Source of the DNA: Candidatus Latescibacterota bacterium | GTDB taxonomy: Bacteria; Latescibacterota; UBA2968; UBA8231 | Reading direction: 5' to 3' | Length of the DNA stretch: 64,000 bases | NCBI GenBank assembly: GCA_965221775.1 | Contig: CBDCSU010000006.1 | Coordinates: 1,984,001-2,048,000 of the forward strand | Shown here: one piece after another, positions 33,351-41,848 of the stretch | Numbering within the stretch: the first letter of the stretch is position 1 | How the letters are laid out: the number at the start of each line of letters is the position of its first letter | Position numbers and translations under genes: made by a program | The notes under the pieces: model-generated | Databases searched by the model: none | What the model saw: only the letters and a program-made list of their open reading frames with translations | What the model was told of the DNA's origin: nothing

Positions 33351-33923
33351 ATGCTGCTTCGCATCGCCCTCGCATCGCTCGCCGGCCTGTCCGCCTGCGC
33401 CGAGTCGGACTCCGTGGTCAATCCTCCCGGCACCGACGGGGTCGTCGCCCCGGTGGACGAGGGGGGCCTGCGCCAGCTGGCCGACCTGTCCGGCTCCTTC
33501 GCCGAGCGTTTCCGCATCGTCGGCGACGGTCTCGAGGTCACCGGACCCGGGCAGGAGATCAGCCTCATCTTCGAGGTCGACGGCGCCGACCAGCTGCGGC
33601 AGTTCGACATGAAGCTGGAGGCCGAGCCCGCGGCCGCCTTCGACCTGGAGAACGCCGAGGCCACCCTGGAGACGCCCTTCGTCACCCCAGCCCCCAACGG
33701 AGTGGTGGTGACCGGCGCCGAAGTGCGGGTCCTGGGAGCCAGCCTGACCACCTCGGTCAGCGGCAGCCAGGTCCTGGCGACGCTGCGGGTCCGCACCGCC
33801 TCCGGGTACGACGCCTCCAGCGAGGTCCGGCTGGTCCTCACCAGTTTGTCCCTCGGACCCAGCTCCGGCGAGCGCGACGAGTACGACTCCGACCTGGGCG
33901 TGGGGATCACCCTCAAGCACTAG
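33351..33923 (+). CDS. Lipoprotein with cohesin-like beta-sandwich
   Basis: AAGGAG RBS; lipobox LSAC; VSGSQVLATLRVRT beta-rich pattern. Confidence 0.68.
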   Translation: MLLRIALASLAGLSACAESDSVVNPPGTDGVVAPVDEGGLRQLADLSGSFAERFRIVGDGLEVTGPGQEISLIFEVDGADQLRQFDMKLEAEPAAAFDLENAEATLETPFVTPAPNGVVVTGAEVRVLGASLTTSVSGSQVLATLRVRTASGYDASSEVRLVLTSLSLGPSSGERDEYDSDLGVGITLKH

Positions 33924-33950
33924 CGCGGCTGGCGCAGGTGCCTGCGGCCG

Positions 33951-33979
33951 TTGACGATATGACGGCCGGGGGTTACGTT
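33951..33979 (+). promoter_or_regulatory. Sigma70-like promoter of tRNA-Ala
   Basis: TTGACG-N17-TACGTT about 15 nt upstream of the tRNA. Confidence 0.65.
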
Positions 33980-33994
33980 CTGAGCCTTCCTTGG

Positions 33995-34070
33995 GGGGCT
34001 GTAGCTCAGTTGGGAGAGCGCCTGAATGGCATTCAGGAGGTCAGGGGTTCGATTCCCCTCAGCTCCACCA
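33995..34070 (+). tRNA. tRNA-Ala (GGC)
   Basis: GGGGCTGTAGCTCAGTTGGGAGAGCG-CCTGAA-TGGCA-TTCAGG...GGTTCGATTCC...AGCTCCACCA; 76 nt, G3:U70 pair, encoded CCA. Confidence 0.98.
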
Positions 34071-34343
34071 TCGTAAGACTCTCCGATTGTCACACCGGTC
34101 AGGCCATGCTGTGATGGTGGCTTGGCCGTTCGTATTCCAAGACCCAGTGTCCGGAGGCTGGCGTCAGGCCCTGCCGTGGGGTCTGGCCTGCGGTGGAATG
34201 CGGGCAGGGTGTATCGCAAGGGAATCGAAGGACCGCCGAAGGCACCCCTGCCGGAGCTGGCCGCGCTCCGGAAAGCTGCAACGCACGAAGAGCCCCGCCC
34301 GGGCACTGCTCGCCGGGACTCGCAAGAGGGGGTCAGGGGGCGA

Positions 34344-34742
34344 TCATGAGCCCGATGGAGTCACACCTGAGGCGGCGGCGAGGGCCTGATCGAAGGTCCG
34401 GACCTCCCGCACGCCGCGGCGCCGGCAGCTGGCCAGGTGACAGAGGTCCCTGGCGCCCAGGGCGGGATGCTGCTCGTGGAGCTGCCGCGCCAGGGTGACG
34501 TCCTCCTGCTCCAAGGGCCACACTTCCACGCGGGATCCGGTAATCAGCGCCAGGGCTGCGTCGAGAGTCTGCTTCCGCCCCACGGGCAGGTAGGCGTGGG
34601 CCAACTCCTGCAGCACTTCCGCCGAGGTGCACAAAGGGGTCCGAGAGCGGATGCACCCGGCGAAGAACTCCCGCGCCGTGGAGCGGAGAGGATGGGGACG
34701 GCCAACGGCGTACATGAAGACGTTGGTATCGACGAAGATCAC
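34344..34742 (-). CDS. vapC: VapC family PIN-domain toxin
   Basis: MIFVDTNVFMYA, SAEVLQE, LGARDLCHLA, TFDQAL; start overlaps the stop of the upstream small gene. Confidence 0.9.
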   Translation of the reverse strand: MIFVDTNVFMYAVGRPHPLRSTAREFFAGCIRSRTPLCTSAEVLQELAHAYLPVGRKQTLDAALALITGSRVEVWPLEQEDVTLARQLHEQHPALGARDLCHLASCRRRGVREVRTFDQALAAASGVTPSGS

Positions 34743-35014
34743 GTGCTGGAGAGACCCCGCTGACGTGATTCATCGATGACGGCCCGGTGCTGCTCCCAAT
34801 CCGGTTCTCGCCCGGGGCCTTCGAGCGCGTCACAGGCGCGGAAAAATCCCTCGAGGTCTTCCTGTGATCTGAAGGCGTGGAGCCTCTGCTGCTCCTTCAG
34901 ACGCTGATGGGCAGCGCTCCTGAGCCAGGCGCTCAGGGTCATGCCCTCCGTCTGCGCCTGATGGACGAAGCGGTCCCGGTCCTCGTCGGGAATCACGAGC
35001 TGAACCCTGGCCAT
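34739..35014 (-). CDS. Putative VapB-type antitoxin (RHH-like N-terminus)
   Basis: 91 aa, coupled upstream of vapC; MARVQLVIPDED...GMTLSAWLRSAA strand-helix-helix pattern. Confidence 0.78.
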   Translation of the reverse strand: MARVQLVIPDEDRDRFVHQAQTEGMTLSAWLRSAAHQRLKEQQRLHAFRSQEDLEGFFRACDALEGPGREPDWEQHRAVIDESRQRGLSST

Positions 35015-35032
35015 TCTTTCCGTCTCCTGTGT

Positions 35033-35061
35033 AAGTATGTGTATGAATAATACACATACTT
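35033..35061. promoter_or_regulatory. Palindromic operator upstream of vapBC
   Basis: Perfect AAGTATGTGTAT-N5-ATACACATACTT; minus-strand TTGACT at 35072..35067. Confidence 0.75.
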
Positions 35062-35068
35062 CCTGGAG

Positions 35069-36123
35069 TCAACCCCGCGCCACCTCCACAGTTCGCCCCG
35101 TCCGCCCGGACTCGACAGCGGCGAACACCGTAGCGGCGATCGCCCGGCTCTCCCGCGCCCCCATCAGGGTGTCCGACCCCGTGTCGATAGCCCGGGCGAA
35201 GTCGTCCAGCAGGCGGCCCTCGTAGTCCGCCCCCACGCGCCGCTGGCGGTGGTCCTCCGGCTTCAGGGATCTGGCATAGACCGAGACCTCGGGCCGAGGC
35301 TCGGCGGCGACGAAGGCGCCCCGGGTCCCGAGGATGTGCAGCCGCAACTCGCCGATGTTGGGGTGGGAGGGCTCCCCGATGCGGCCGATGCACAGGGAGC
35401 CCGGGGTGCCGTCCTCCATCTCGAGCGTCACCGAGGCCAGGTCCTCCACGCCGCGGTCGGCGTGGCGCTGGAAGAAGTGGGCGGTGGTCCGGGCGAAGAC
35501 GCGCCGGACGGGGACGCCGAGGAGGGCGTGGAAGTAGGCGAGGGGGTAGATCCCCTCGACGGTCAGCTCGCCCAGGACCTCGTGGCCGAGGGGGATCTCT
35601 TCCGGCTCGCCGGAGCCGAGGAGGACACCGGCGTCCTTGGCGAAGAAGAAGTCCACATGGACGGCGCGGGGATCGCCGAGGCTGCCCCCGGCGAGGACTT
35701 CCCGCGCCTGCAGGATGGAGGGGAAGGTGTTGCGGTTCCACATGAGGAACCGCACGTCCGCCTCTTCCACCGCCGCCACCACGCGGTCGCACTCGGCCAG
35801 GGTCAGGGCCATCGGCTTGTCCTGGACGATGTGCAGGCCGGCCTCGGCGGCGGTCGCGCTCAACCGCGCGTGGCGGCCGGTCTCCGGGGTGACGCAGGCG
35901 ACCCGTGGCCGATACCGGTCCAGGGCCGCGGATACCCCGCGCACGTACGGGAGGCCGAAGGCGGAGGACGCGGCCTCGTTGCGTTCGTGCACCCAGTCGG
36001 GCGCCTCTTCCTCGTCGGCAGGGCCACCAGCTCGAAGCGGGGATGCGCTGCCAGGGCCTGCACGATGTAGAGGTGCTTCACCCCGCCCAGGACCAGGACC
36101 GGCAGCACCTCAGGCGCGCTCAT
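35069..36123 (-). pseudogene. Gfo/Idh/MocA oxidoreductase interrupted by a single-base frameshift near 36020
   Basis: MSAPEVLPVLVLGGVKH...RFELVAL in one frame continues as ADEEEAPDWVHERN...DKPMALT in another. Confidence 0.75.
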
Positions 36124-37087
36124 ACCGCCCTCCGGACAGCCGGAAGGCCGCCCCCGCGGACCACGAGGCGACAGCCGCCTCCGCCACCCTGAGCACCGCC
36201 GCTTCGTCCTCGCCGCTCACGGCTGGTTCCCGCCCCTCGCCGACGGCCGCGGCGAATTCCGACAGCACCAGGGCGGACACCGATTCATCCGGTTCGGTGA
36301 GCACCGCCTGGGCCCGGCCCCCGCCGTAGAGCAGCTGCGCGTTGTGGTGGTCGTCGGCGTGAGCGGCTCCGAGGGACCCGATCAGGGCCAGGGAGCGGTA
36401 CCCGTCGCCGGGCGGCAGACCGTGAGAGATGTCGATGAGGGCCATGCCCCCGCCCTCGAAGCCGAGGTGTACCTGGAGGTACTCCGTCTCGGTGAGACTG
36501 GCCGCCCCGGGTGGCCGAACCGCGGCGAAGACGTGGGTCGGCAGGCCGTCGAATACCCACAGCGCCAGGTCGAGGGCGGCCAGTGCGCGGAGGAGGGCGT
36601 TCCCGTTCTCCTGCCCGGCCGGAGACCAGTGGTGGATGCGAAGCAGCCCCGGCCGCCCCAGCTCACCCTCGTCGAGGCTGGCCTTGACGGCGCGGCAGTC
36701 CGCCCGGAAGCGGTCGCCGTGGGCGGGCATGAGCCTGACCCCGGAGGCGCGTGCGGTTGCGGCGGTCCCTTCGGCTTCTTCGGCACCGGCCGCCAGGGGC
36801 GGCTCGACGAGGACATGCTTGCCGGCGGCGACCGCGCCTTCGACGAGAGAGCCTCGCGCCGCAAGGGGCACGGTGACGACGACGGCGTCGACGGCGTCAG
36901 CGGCGGCGTCGAGCAGTTCGTCGAGCGATGCCGTCCGGAGCGTGACCCCGGCAGAGAGGGCCGCCCGGGCCGCCCGCCCGGAGTCCGGGTCGGCTACGGC
37001 GGCGACCTCCACGTCGGGGAGGTGCCGCGCCGCCTCGAGGTAGGGCGCGGCTCTCGCGCCGCAACCGATGAGGGCCATGCGGAGCAT
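36110..37087 (-). CDS. Gfo/Idh/MocA family oxidoreductase
   Basis: LRMALIGCG, VAAVAD, AGKHVLVEPP, GELGRPGLLRIH. Confidence 0.85.
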   Translation of the reverse strand: MLRMALIGCGARAAPYLEAARHLPDVEVAAVADPDSGRAARAALSAGVTLRTASLDELLDAAADAVDAVVVTVPLAARGSLVEGAVAAGKHVLVEPPLAAGAEEAEGTAATARASGVRLMPAHGDRFRADCRAVKASLDEGELGRPGLLRIHHWSPAGQENGNALLRALAALDLALWVFDGLPTHVFAAVRPPGAASLTETEYLQVHLGFEGGGMALIDISHGLPPGDGYRSLALIGSLGAAHADDHHNAQLLYGGGRAQAVLTEPDESVSALVLSEFAAAVGEGREPAVSGEDEAAVLRVAEAAVASWSAGAAFRLSGGRYERA

Positions 37088-37136
37088 CGGCGCCGCCGGC
37101 TGTTTCAGGGATGGTCCGCGACCGCCCGCGGAGGGC

Positions 37137-38012
37137 TCACCGGTCCCAGCGCTCGGGAGCGATCGACGGCGCGTCCGACCTCATGCCCACCGGCTTGTGG
37201 GGCTGCTCCCAGTCGACGCCGGATGTGTTGAGGCTCTGCAGGAAGCGCCGGGCCACCGCCGGCGCCGCCGCCACCAGCTCCGGATCCCACTCCTCCATCG
37301 GCTGGATGGGACCCGCCCAGGCGGGGCGGTAGCCGAGCTGTATCAGCGTGCGCTGCGAGTCGGCCCGGTTGGGATGGGTGCCGTGGAAGATGTTGACGGG
37401 GAAGACGACGGCGGTCCCCGCTTTCGCGCAGATGGTCCGCTCGCCCGGGTGCGAGGTGTAGCGCACGTAGGGGTTGGCGTCGGCGTGGAAGGAGAGGTGG
37501 GAGCGCGGCAGGACGCGCAGGGGCGCCCGCTCCGGCGTGAGATCGTCGAGGTAGTAGAGCACGCGCAGCAACCTGGGAGAGCTGCCCTCGTACCCGAAGA
37601 TCGAGGAGCCGAAGGGCTGGCCGTCGGTGTGCAGGGAGATGGGGGGCGAACCGGCCAGGGTGCGCGTGAACAGCCCGCGGGTGAAGACGATGTCCTCCCC
37701 GCAGAGGGCTTCGAGGAACTCGACCACGGGGGGGTTGGCGATCACCTCCGCCAACGCCGGGCTGTACCACTGAGGCTCCTTGTGGAAGGTCTGGCAGTCG
37801 CTGTAGTCCTTGGTCCCCATGGGCGCGTCGGCCATCTCCTGGTTGATGCGGTCCATGTGGGCCGTGTCCAGGACGTCGGGTAGGACCACGTACCCCTCGA
37901 CCTCGAGGTGGCGCATCTTCTCGCCCAGGGTCATCGAGCCGTAGTCGGTCTCGTCGACGTTCATGAAGCCGATCGCCTCGGAGGCATCGTAGTTCAGGTC
38001 GCGCTTGGCCAT
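37137..38012 (-). CDS. PhyH family Fe(II)/2-oxoglutarate dioxygenase
   Basis: EGYVVLPDVL, LHTD (HxD), YYLDDLT, LPRSH, IFHGTHPN, distal Arg. Confidence 0.85.
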   Translation of the reverse strand: MAKRDLNYDASEAIGFMNVDETDYGSMTLGEKMRHLEVEGYVVLPDVLDTAHMDRINQEMADAPMGTKDYSDCQTFHKEPQWYSPALAEVIANPPVVEFLEALCGEDIVFTRGLFTRTLAGSPPISLHTDGQPFGSSIFGYEGSSPRLLRVLYYLDDLTPERAPLRVLPRSHLSFHADANPYVRYTSHPGERTICAKAGTAVVFPVNIFHGTHPNRADSQRTLIQLGYRPAWAGPIQPMEEWDPELVAAAPAVARRFLQSLNTSGVDWEQPHKPVGMRSDAPSIAPERWDR

Positions 38013-38033
38013 GTCGATTCTCCGGTGGAGGGC

Positions 38034-39509
38034 TCAGTCGCGGGCGCCGCGAGTCCGCAACATCGCCGCGAGTTCCTCGTCTCCGCGCTCGAGGGCGGCG
38101 GAGAGGGGGGTGGCGCCGTCGTTGGCGGCGGCGTTGCTGTCGACGCCGTGGGCGGCCAGCAGGTCGAGGAGCTGCTCGCAGGAGGGCCCGGCAGCGACGG
38201 CGTGGAAGAGGGTGTGTCCGCCGGCGCCGCGAGCCCTGGCCAGCCCCGGGTCGGCCTCCAGGACCTCGGCCAGCTGGCTCACCCGTCCGAAGGCCGCCAG
38301 GTCGAAGGCGTTGCGGCTGTGATCGAGCAGCAGATCGCGCAGCTCGAAGTGGCCGGCGTGGTTGGCGAAGCCGACGGGCGTGGCATTGTGGTCGCGCTCG
38401 CGGATCTCGCAGCTGGCTCCGTGGTCCAGGAGAAGCTGAACGACCTCGGCGTTGTTGGACCAGGCCGCCTCGTGGAGGGGGACGCGGCCGTTCTCCTGCG
38501 GTGCGTTCGGGTCGGCGCCCAGGGCCAGCATCAGCCGGATCGTCGCGGCGTTGTTGACCGCTTCCAGCAGCAGGGCCGGGTTGTCGATCATGCCGGGCTC
38601 CACCTCCAGCAGCTGTCGAGCGGCGCTCTCGTCGCCGCTCATCACGGCGGCGGTGAACCGGTCTTCGGCGGAGAGCTCCCGGGCCTCGGCGCCGTGCTCG
38701 ACCAGCCTCGCCGCGATCTGCGGATGGCCGCGGAGCAGGGCGTTCTCGTAGTTGGAGCGGCCGTTGTAGATGTCCGCGGCGTCGACATCGGCGCCGTGCT
38801 CCAGCAGCAGCGACACCCGTTGCGCCATGCCCATCTTCACCGCCTGGCAGAGCTGGTAGTCCAGGGTCCGGATCGGCGGGTCGCCGTCGGGATCGACCAC
38901 GTCGGCTGCCTTCAGCCCGTGCGCCAACAGCAGCTCCAGCCACTCGTCATCCGGCGTGAACATGGTGTTGTAGAGACCCTGGGCATCGTTCGGGTCGGCG
39001 CCGGCGTCGAGCAGGATCCCGGCCAGTTCCCGAGCCCGCGCGTGCGGCGGCTGCTGGAGGAGGCCCTCCTCCCCCTCGCCCATGGCCCCGGTGAGGCCCG
39101 ACCAGCGCCAGCCTCCCAACTTCCGGTCCACCAGGAAGGTGTTGCCGTCGGCGCCGGCGGCCAGCAGCACCTCGAGGGCGGCCACGGCGTCGCGCTCCGG
39201 GGGGTCCTCCGGTATCCGGCTGTAGCAGACGTAGAGCAGGGGCGGCCAGTCGCGGGGACCGCCGGCGGCGACGGCGGCGGAACTGTCCGCCGACAGGTGC
39301 TCGCGCAGAGCCTTCACGTCGAAGGCGGCAGCGGCGGCATGGCAGCTGGCGGCGGTGACCTCCGGGGACTCGGCGAGCATCCGCGCCGCCTGCTCGCGGC
39401 GGCTGACGTGATCGACGCCGAAGTAGGCCAGGCAGGCCAGGTCGGCGAAGCGGTCGGCCCCTTCGCGCAGGGATGTCGACTGGGTGCCGGCCGGTGAGTC
39501 GTTGGACAT
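38034..39509 (-). CDS. Ankyrin repeat protein
   Basis: Repeats LLAAGADGN, LLDAGADPND, LLEHGADVD, LALGADPNA, PLHEAA...LLDHGA, TPLSAA. Confidence 0.9.
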   Translation of the reverse strand: MSNDSPAGTQSTSLREGADRFADLACLAYFGVDHVSRREQAARMLAESPEVTAASCHAAAAAFDVKALREHLSADSSAAVAAGGPRDWPPLLYVCYSRIPEDPPERDAVAALEVLLAAGADGNTFLVDRKLGGWRWSGLTGAMGEGEEGLLQQPPHARARELAGILLDAGADPNDAQGLYNTMFTPDDEWLELLLAHGLKAADVVDPDGDPPIRTLDYQLCQAVKMGMAQRVSLLLEHGADVDAADIYNGRSNYENALLRGHPQIAARLVEHGAEARELSAEDRFTAAVMSGDESAARQLLEVEPGMIDNPALLLEAVNNAATIRLMLALGADPNAPQENGRVPLHEAAWSNNAEVVQLLLDHGASCEIRERDHNATPVGFANHAGHFELRDLLLDHSRNAFDLAAFGRVSQLAEVLEADPGLARARGAGGHTLFHAVAAGPSCEQLLDLLAAHGVDSNAAANDGATPLSAALERGDEELAAMLRTRGARD

Positions 39510-39585
39510 GGAGGAATTTCCTGTTGGCGATTGTCGGGCGCGGATTTTAGGTTCGGGGCGACGGCCAGGTCAAAGGAGGAAGAGG

Positions 39586-40230
39586 ATGCGAGTTGTCATT
39601 CTGTCAGGCGAGAACCACGGCTTCGACCAGAGCGCCGCGGTGATCCACCGGTTCCTCGATTCGGCCGATGACGTGGAGGTCCGACTCGACAGCGACAAGG
39701 AGATCCTCACCTCCCCGTCCCTGCGCGAGTTCGATGTCCTGGTCTTCGGCACCGGGTTCACGCGCGCCGTGGTGGGGCCCGACGGCGAGGTCGTCCGCGA
39801 ACGCGACCTCACGCCGGACCAGGAGGACGGGCTCTTCGACTACGTCGCCGCCGGCAAGGGCCTGGTCGGCGTCCACGGCACCGCCTGGTGGGTGGACGCG
39901 CGCGCCGTCACCCTCCTCGGCGGCCACGCCAACTGGCACCCGCCGGGACTGACCTTCACGGTGAACATCGAGGATTCGACCCACCCCGTGACCCAGGGCC
40001 TCTCCGACTTCGAGGTGGAGGACGAGATCTACATGTCCGCCTGGGATCCCGGCCTGCGGATCCTGGCCACCGCCGAGTGGAGCGGCAAGCAGCATCCCAT
40101 GGCCTGGGTCCGGTCCTACGAGGCCGGACGGGTGTTCTACACCACCCTGGGCCACACGTCCGACACCTTCCGCCGCCCCGCCATGCAGCGGCTCATCACC
40201 CAGGGCGTGCGCTGGGCGGGCTCGAACTGA
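39586..40230 (+). CDS. ThuA-like domain protein
   Basis: AGGAGG RBS; GKGLVGVHG, HPP...F.V.I.D..HPVTQGL.DF.V.DE.Y, PMAWVRSY..GRVFYTTLGH. Confidence 0.88.
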   Translation: MRVVILSGENHGFDQSAAVIHRFLDSADDVEVRLDSDKEILTSPSLREFDVLVFGTGFTRAVVGPDGEVVRERDLTPDQEDGLFDYVAAGKGLVGVHGTAWWVDARAVTLLGGHANWHPPGLTFTVNIEDSTHPVTQGLSDFEVEDEIYMSAWDPGLRILATAEWSGKQHPMAWVRSYEAGRVFYTTLGHTSDTFRRPAMQRLITQGVRWAGSN

Positions 40231-40250
40231 CCCCGCGGGACCGAGATGGC

Positions 40251-41765
40251 ATGGTGACACCCAGGTGGACTGCCGCGGTGCCTGGCGGGGACGCTCCGCC
40301 GGGGCGGCGCTGGTGGTCTGCAGTTGCCGCGGCTGCGGCGCGGGCGCGGTTCCGTGGCGGAGATACCCCCACGCCGCCGGCGCAACCAGCAAGCGGACAC
40401 GGGTTCGGAGTCGGGCTGCTCCTGCTGGCGGTGACCCTGCCGGCGATGGGACCCGCCGCACGGGTCGAGTCGATGTCCGTCCAGGGGGCCACCGTGATCG
40501 AGGTGACCCTCCAGGGCGGTGAAGCATGGGGCCTGCTCGTCGAGTTCGCGCGATCGGTCCCGGGCCGCCAGCCCGACTACACCTGGAGCGGGGTCACCGA
40601 CATCTCCGGCCGGCTGGTGCTGACCATCCCCGCCACCGACCCGTCCATGGTCAGCGGGGATTACCGGGCGAGGGCCGTCAACCTGTACGGCGAGGTGGTG
40701 GGCGAGTGGCACCGGATCCCCGTCGACCGCGGAGGGCGCCAGGCGTATGAGCTGGACATCGGTTCAGGCCAGGTGCGGCGATTGTCCGCCGAGCCCGGGA
40801 AGGCGCTGGTGGCCCACTATCGTCTCGATGGAGACGCGCGGGATGCCAGCGGCAACGCCTATCACGGCACCCCATCGGGCGTAGAGCCGGGAGAGGACCG
40901 CTTCGGCAACGAGGCGGGGGCGCTGGTCTTCCGGGGGACGCAGGACCGCATCGATCTGCCCCACCAGGTGCTCGACGGTCTGCGGGACGTGAGCATCTCC
41001 CTGTGGCTGAAGACCACCAAGTCGCAGAGTCAGTCCATCCTGAGCGCCGCCAACCGGAGCGACGACAACGAGCACATGGTCTACCTGTGGGACCAGAGCA
41101 ACCTCCACTTCTTCTCGCACGGGGAGCACGGTGGCAACAACAGGTTCTGCTGGGTGAGCATCCCGGCGATCGCCGACGGGCAGTGGCATCACATCGTGGT
41201 GATCCGCAACGCCTCCGAGGGCAACGCCGACATCTACGTGGACGGCGTGGGTCAGACCGATCTCTGCGGAAGCCTCGAGTACAGAGCGCTGAACGTCGAG
41301 GCCGGAGGTCTGATCCTCGGCCAGGACCAGGACCGGCTGGGCGGCGACTTCGACCCGAACCAGGCCCTGGAGGGGTCGCTGGACGACCTCTGGATCTACG
41401 ACAGGGCCCTGACGGCCTCCGAGGTGCAGGCCCTGCGCGGCATGGTCGAGCCGGGTGCGGCCGGGCAGGCCGCGCTGGGGGCATCGGACTCCAGTGGCCT
41501 GGAGCCCAGCGCCCCCAACCCCTTCAACAACTCCACCTGGGTCCCCTACCGGCTGGCCGTCCCCGGTCCGGTGCGGCTGGAGATCCACAACATGCTCGGC
41601 CAGCGGGTGCGCCTCCTGGTGGACGAGTTCCAGGCCGCCGGCTCTCACCGGGTCCACTGGGACGCCCGCGACCAGGGCGGTGTGCCGGTGGCGGCGGGCG
41701 TCTATCTGGCGCGGCTGGCGCACCCCGAGGGCGTGCACAGCCGGCGGCTGCTCTACCTCGAGTAG
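40251..41765 (+). CDS. Exported LamG-like (concanavalin A) domain protein with FlgD/T9SS-like C-terminal domain
   Basis: LVAHYRLDGDARDASGN, SISLWLKT, DGQWHHIV, LILGQDQD, GSLDDLWIYDRALT; C-terminus PNPFNNST...GQRVR.LV...WDARD..G..VAAGVY; start uncertain. Confidence 0.8.
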   Translation: MVTPRWTAAVPGGDAPPGRRWWSAVAAAAARARFRGGDTPTPPAQPASGHGFGVGLLLLAVTLPAMGPAARVESMSVQGATVIEVTLQGGEAWGLLVEFARSVPGRQPDYTWSGVTDISGRLVLTIPATDPSMVSGDYRARAVNLYGEVVGEWHRIPVDRGGRQAYELDIGSGQVRRLSAEPGKALVAHYRLDGDARDASGNAYHGTPSGVEPGEDRFGNEAGALVFRGTQDRIDLPHQVLDGLRDVSISLWLKTTKSQSQSILSAANRSDDNEHMVYLWDQSNLHFFSHGEHGGNNRFCWVSIPAIADGQWHHIVVIRNASEGNADIYVDGVGQTDLCGSLEYRALNVEAGGLILGQDQDRLGGDFDPNQALEGSLDDLWIYDRALTASEVQALRGMVEPGAAGQAALGASDSSGLEPSAPNPFNNSTWVPYRLAVPGPVRLEIHNMLGQRVRLLVDEFQAAGSHRVHWDARDQGGVPVAAGVYLARLAHPEGVHSRRLLYLE

Positions 41766-41848
41766 CGAATGACCCCTGATCGCCGGGACGGGGTTTCCCG
41801 GCGCAACGGACCCGGGCCGGAAGCACCGCGCCGTCCGGGCAGAGACGC

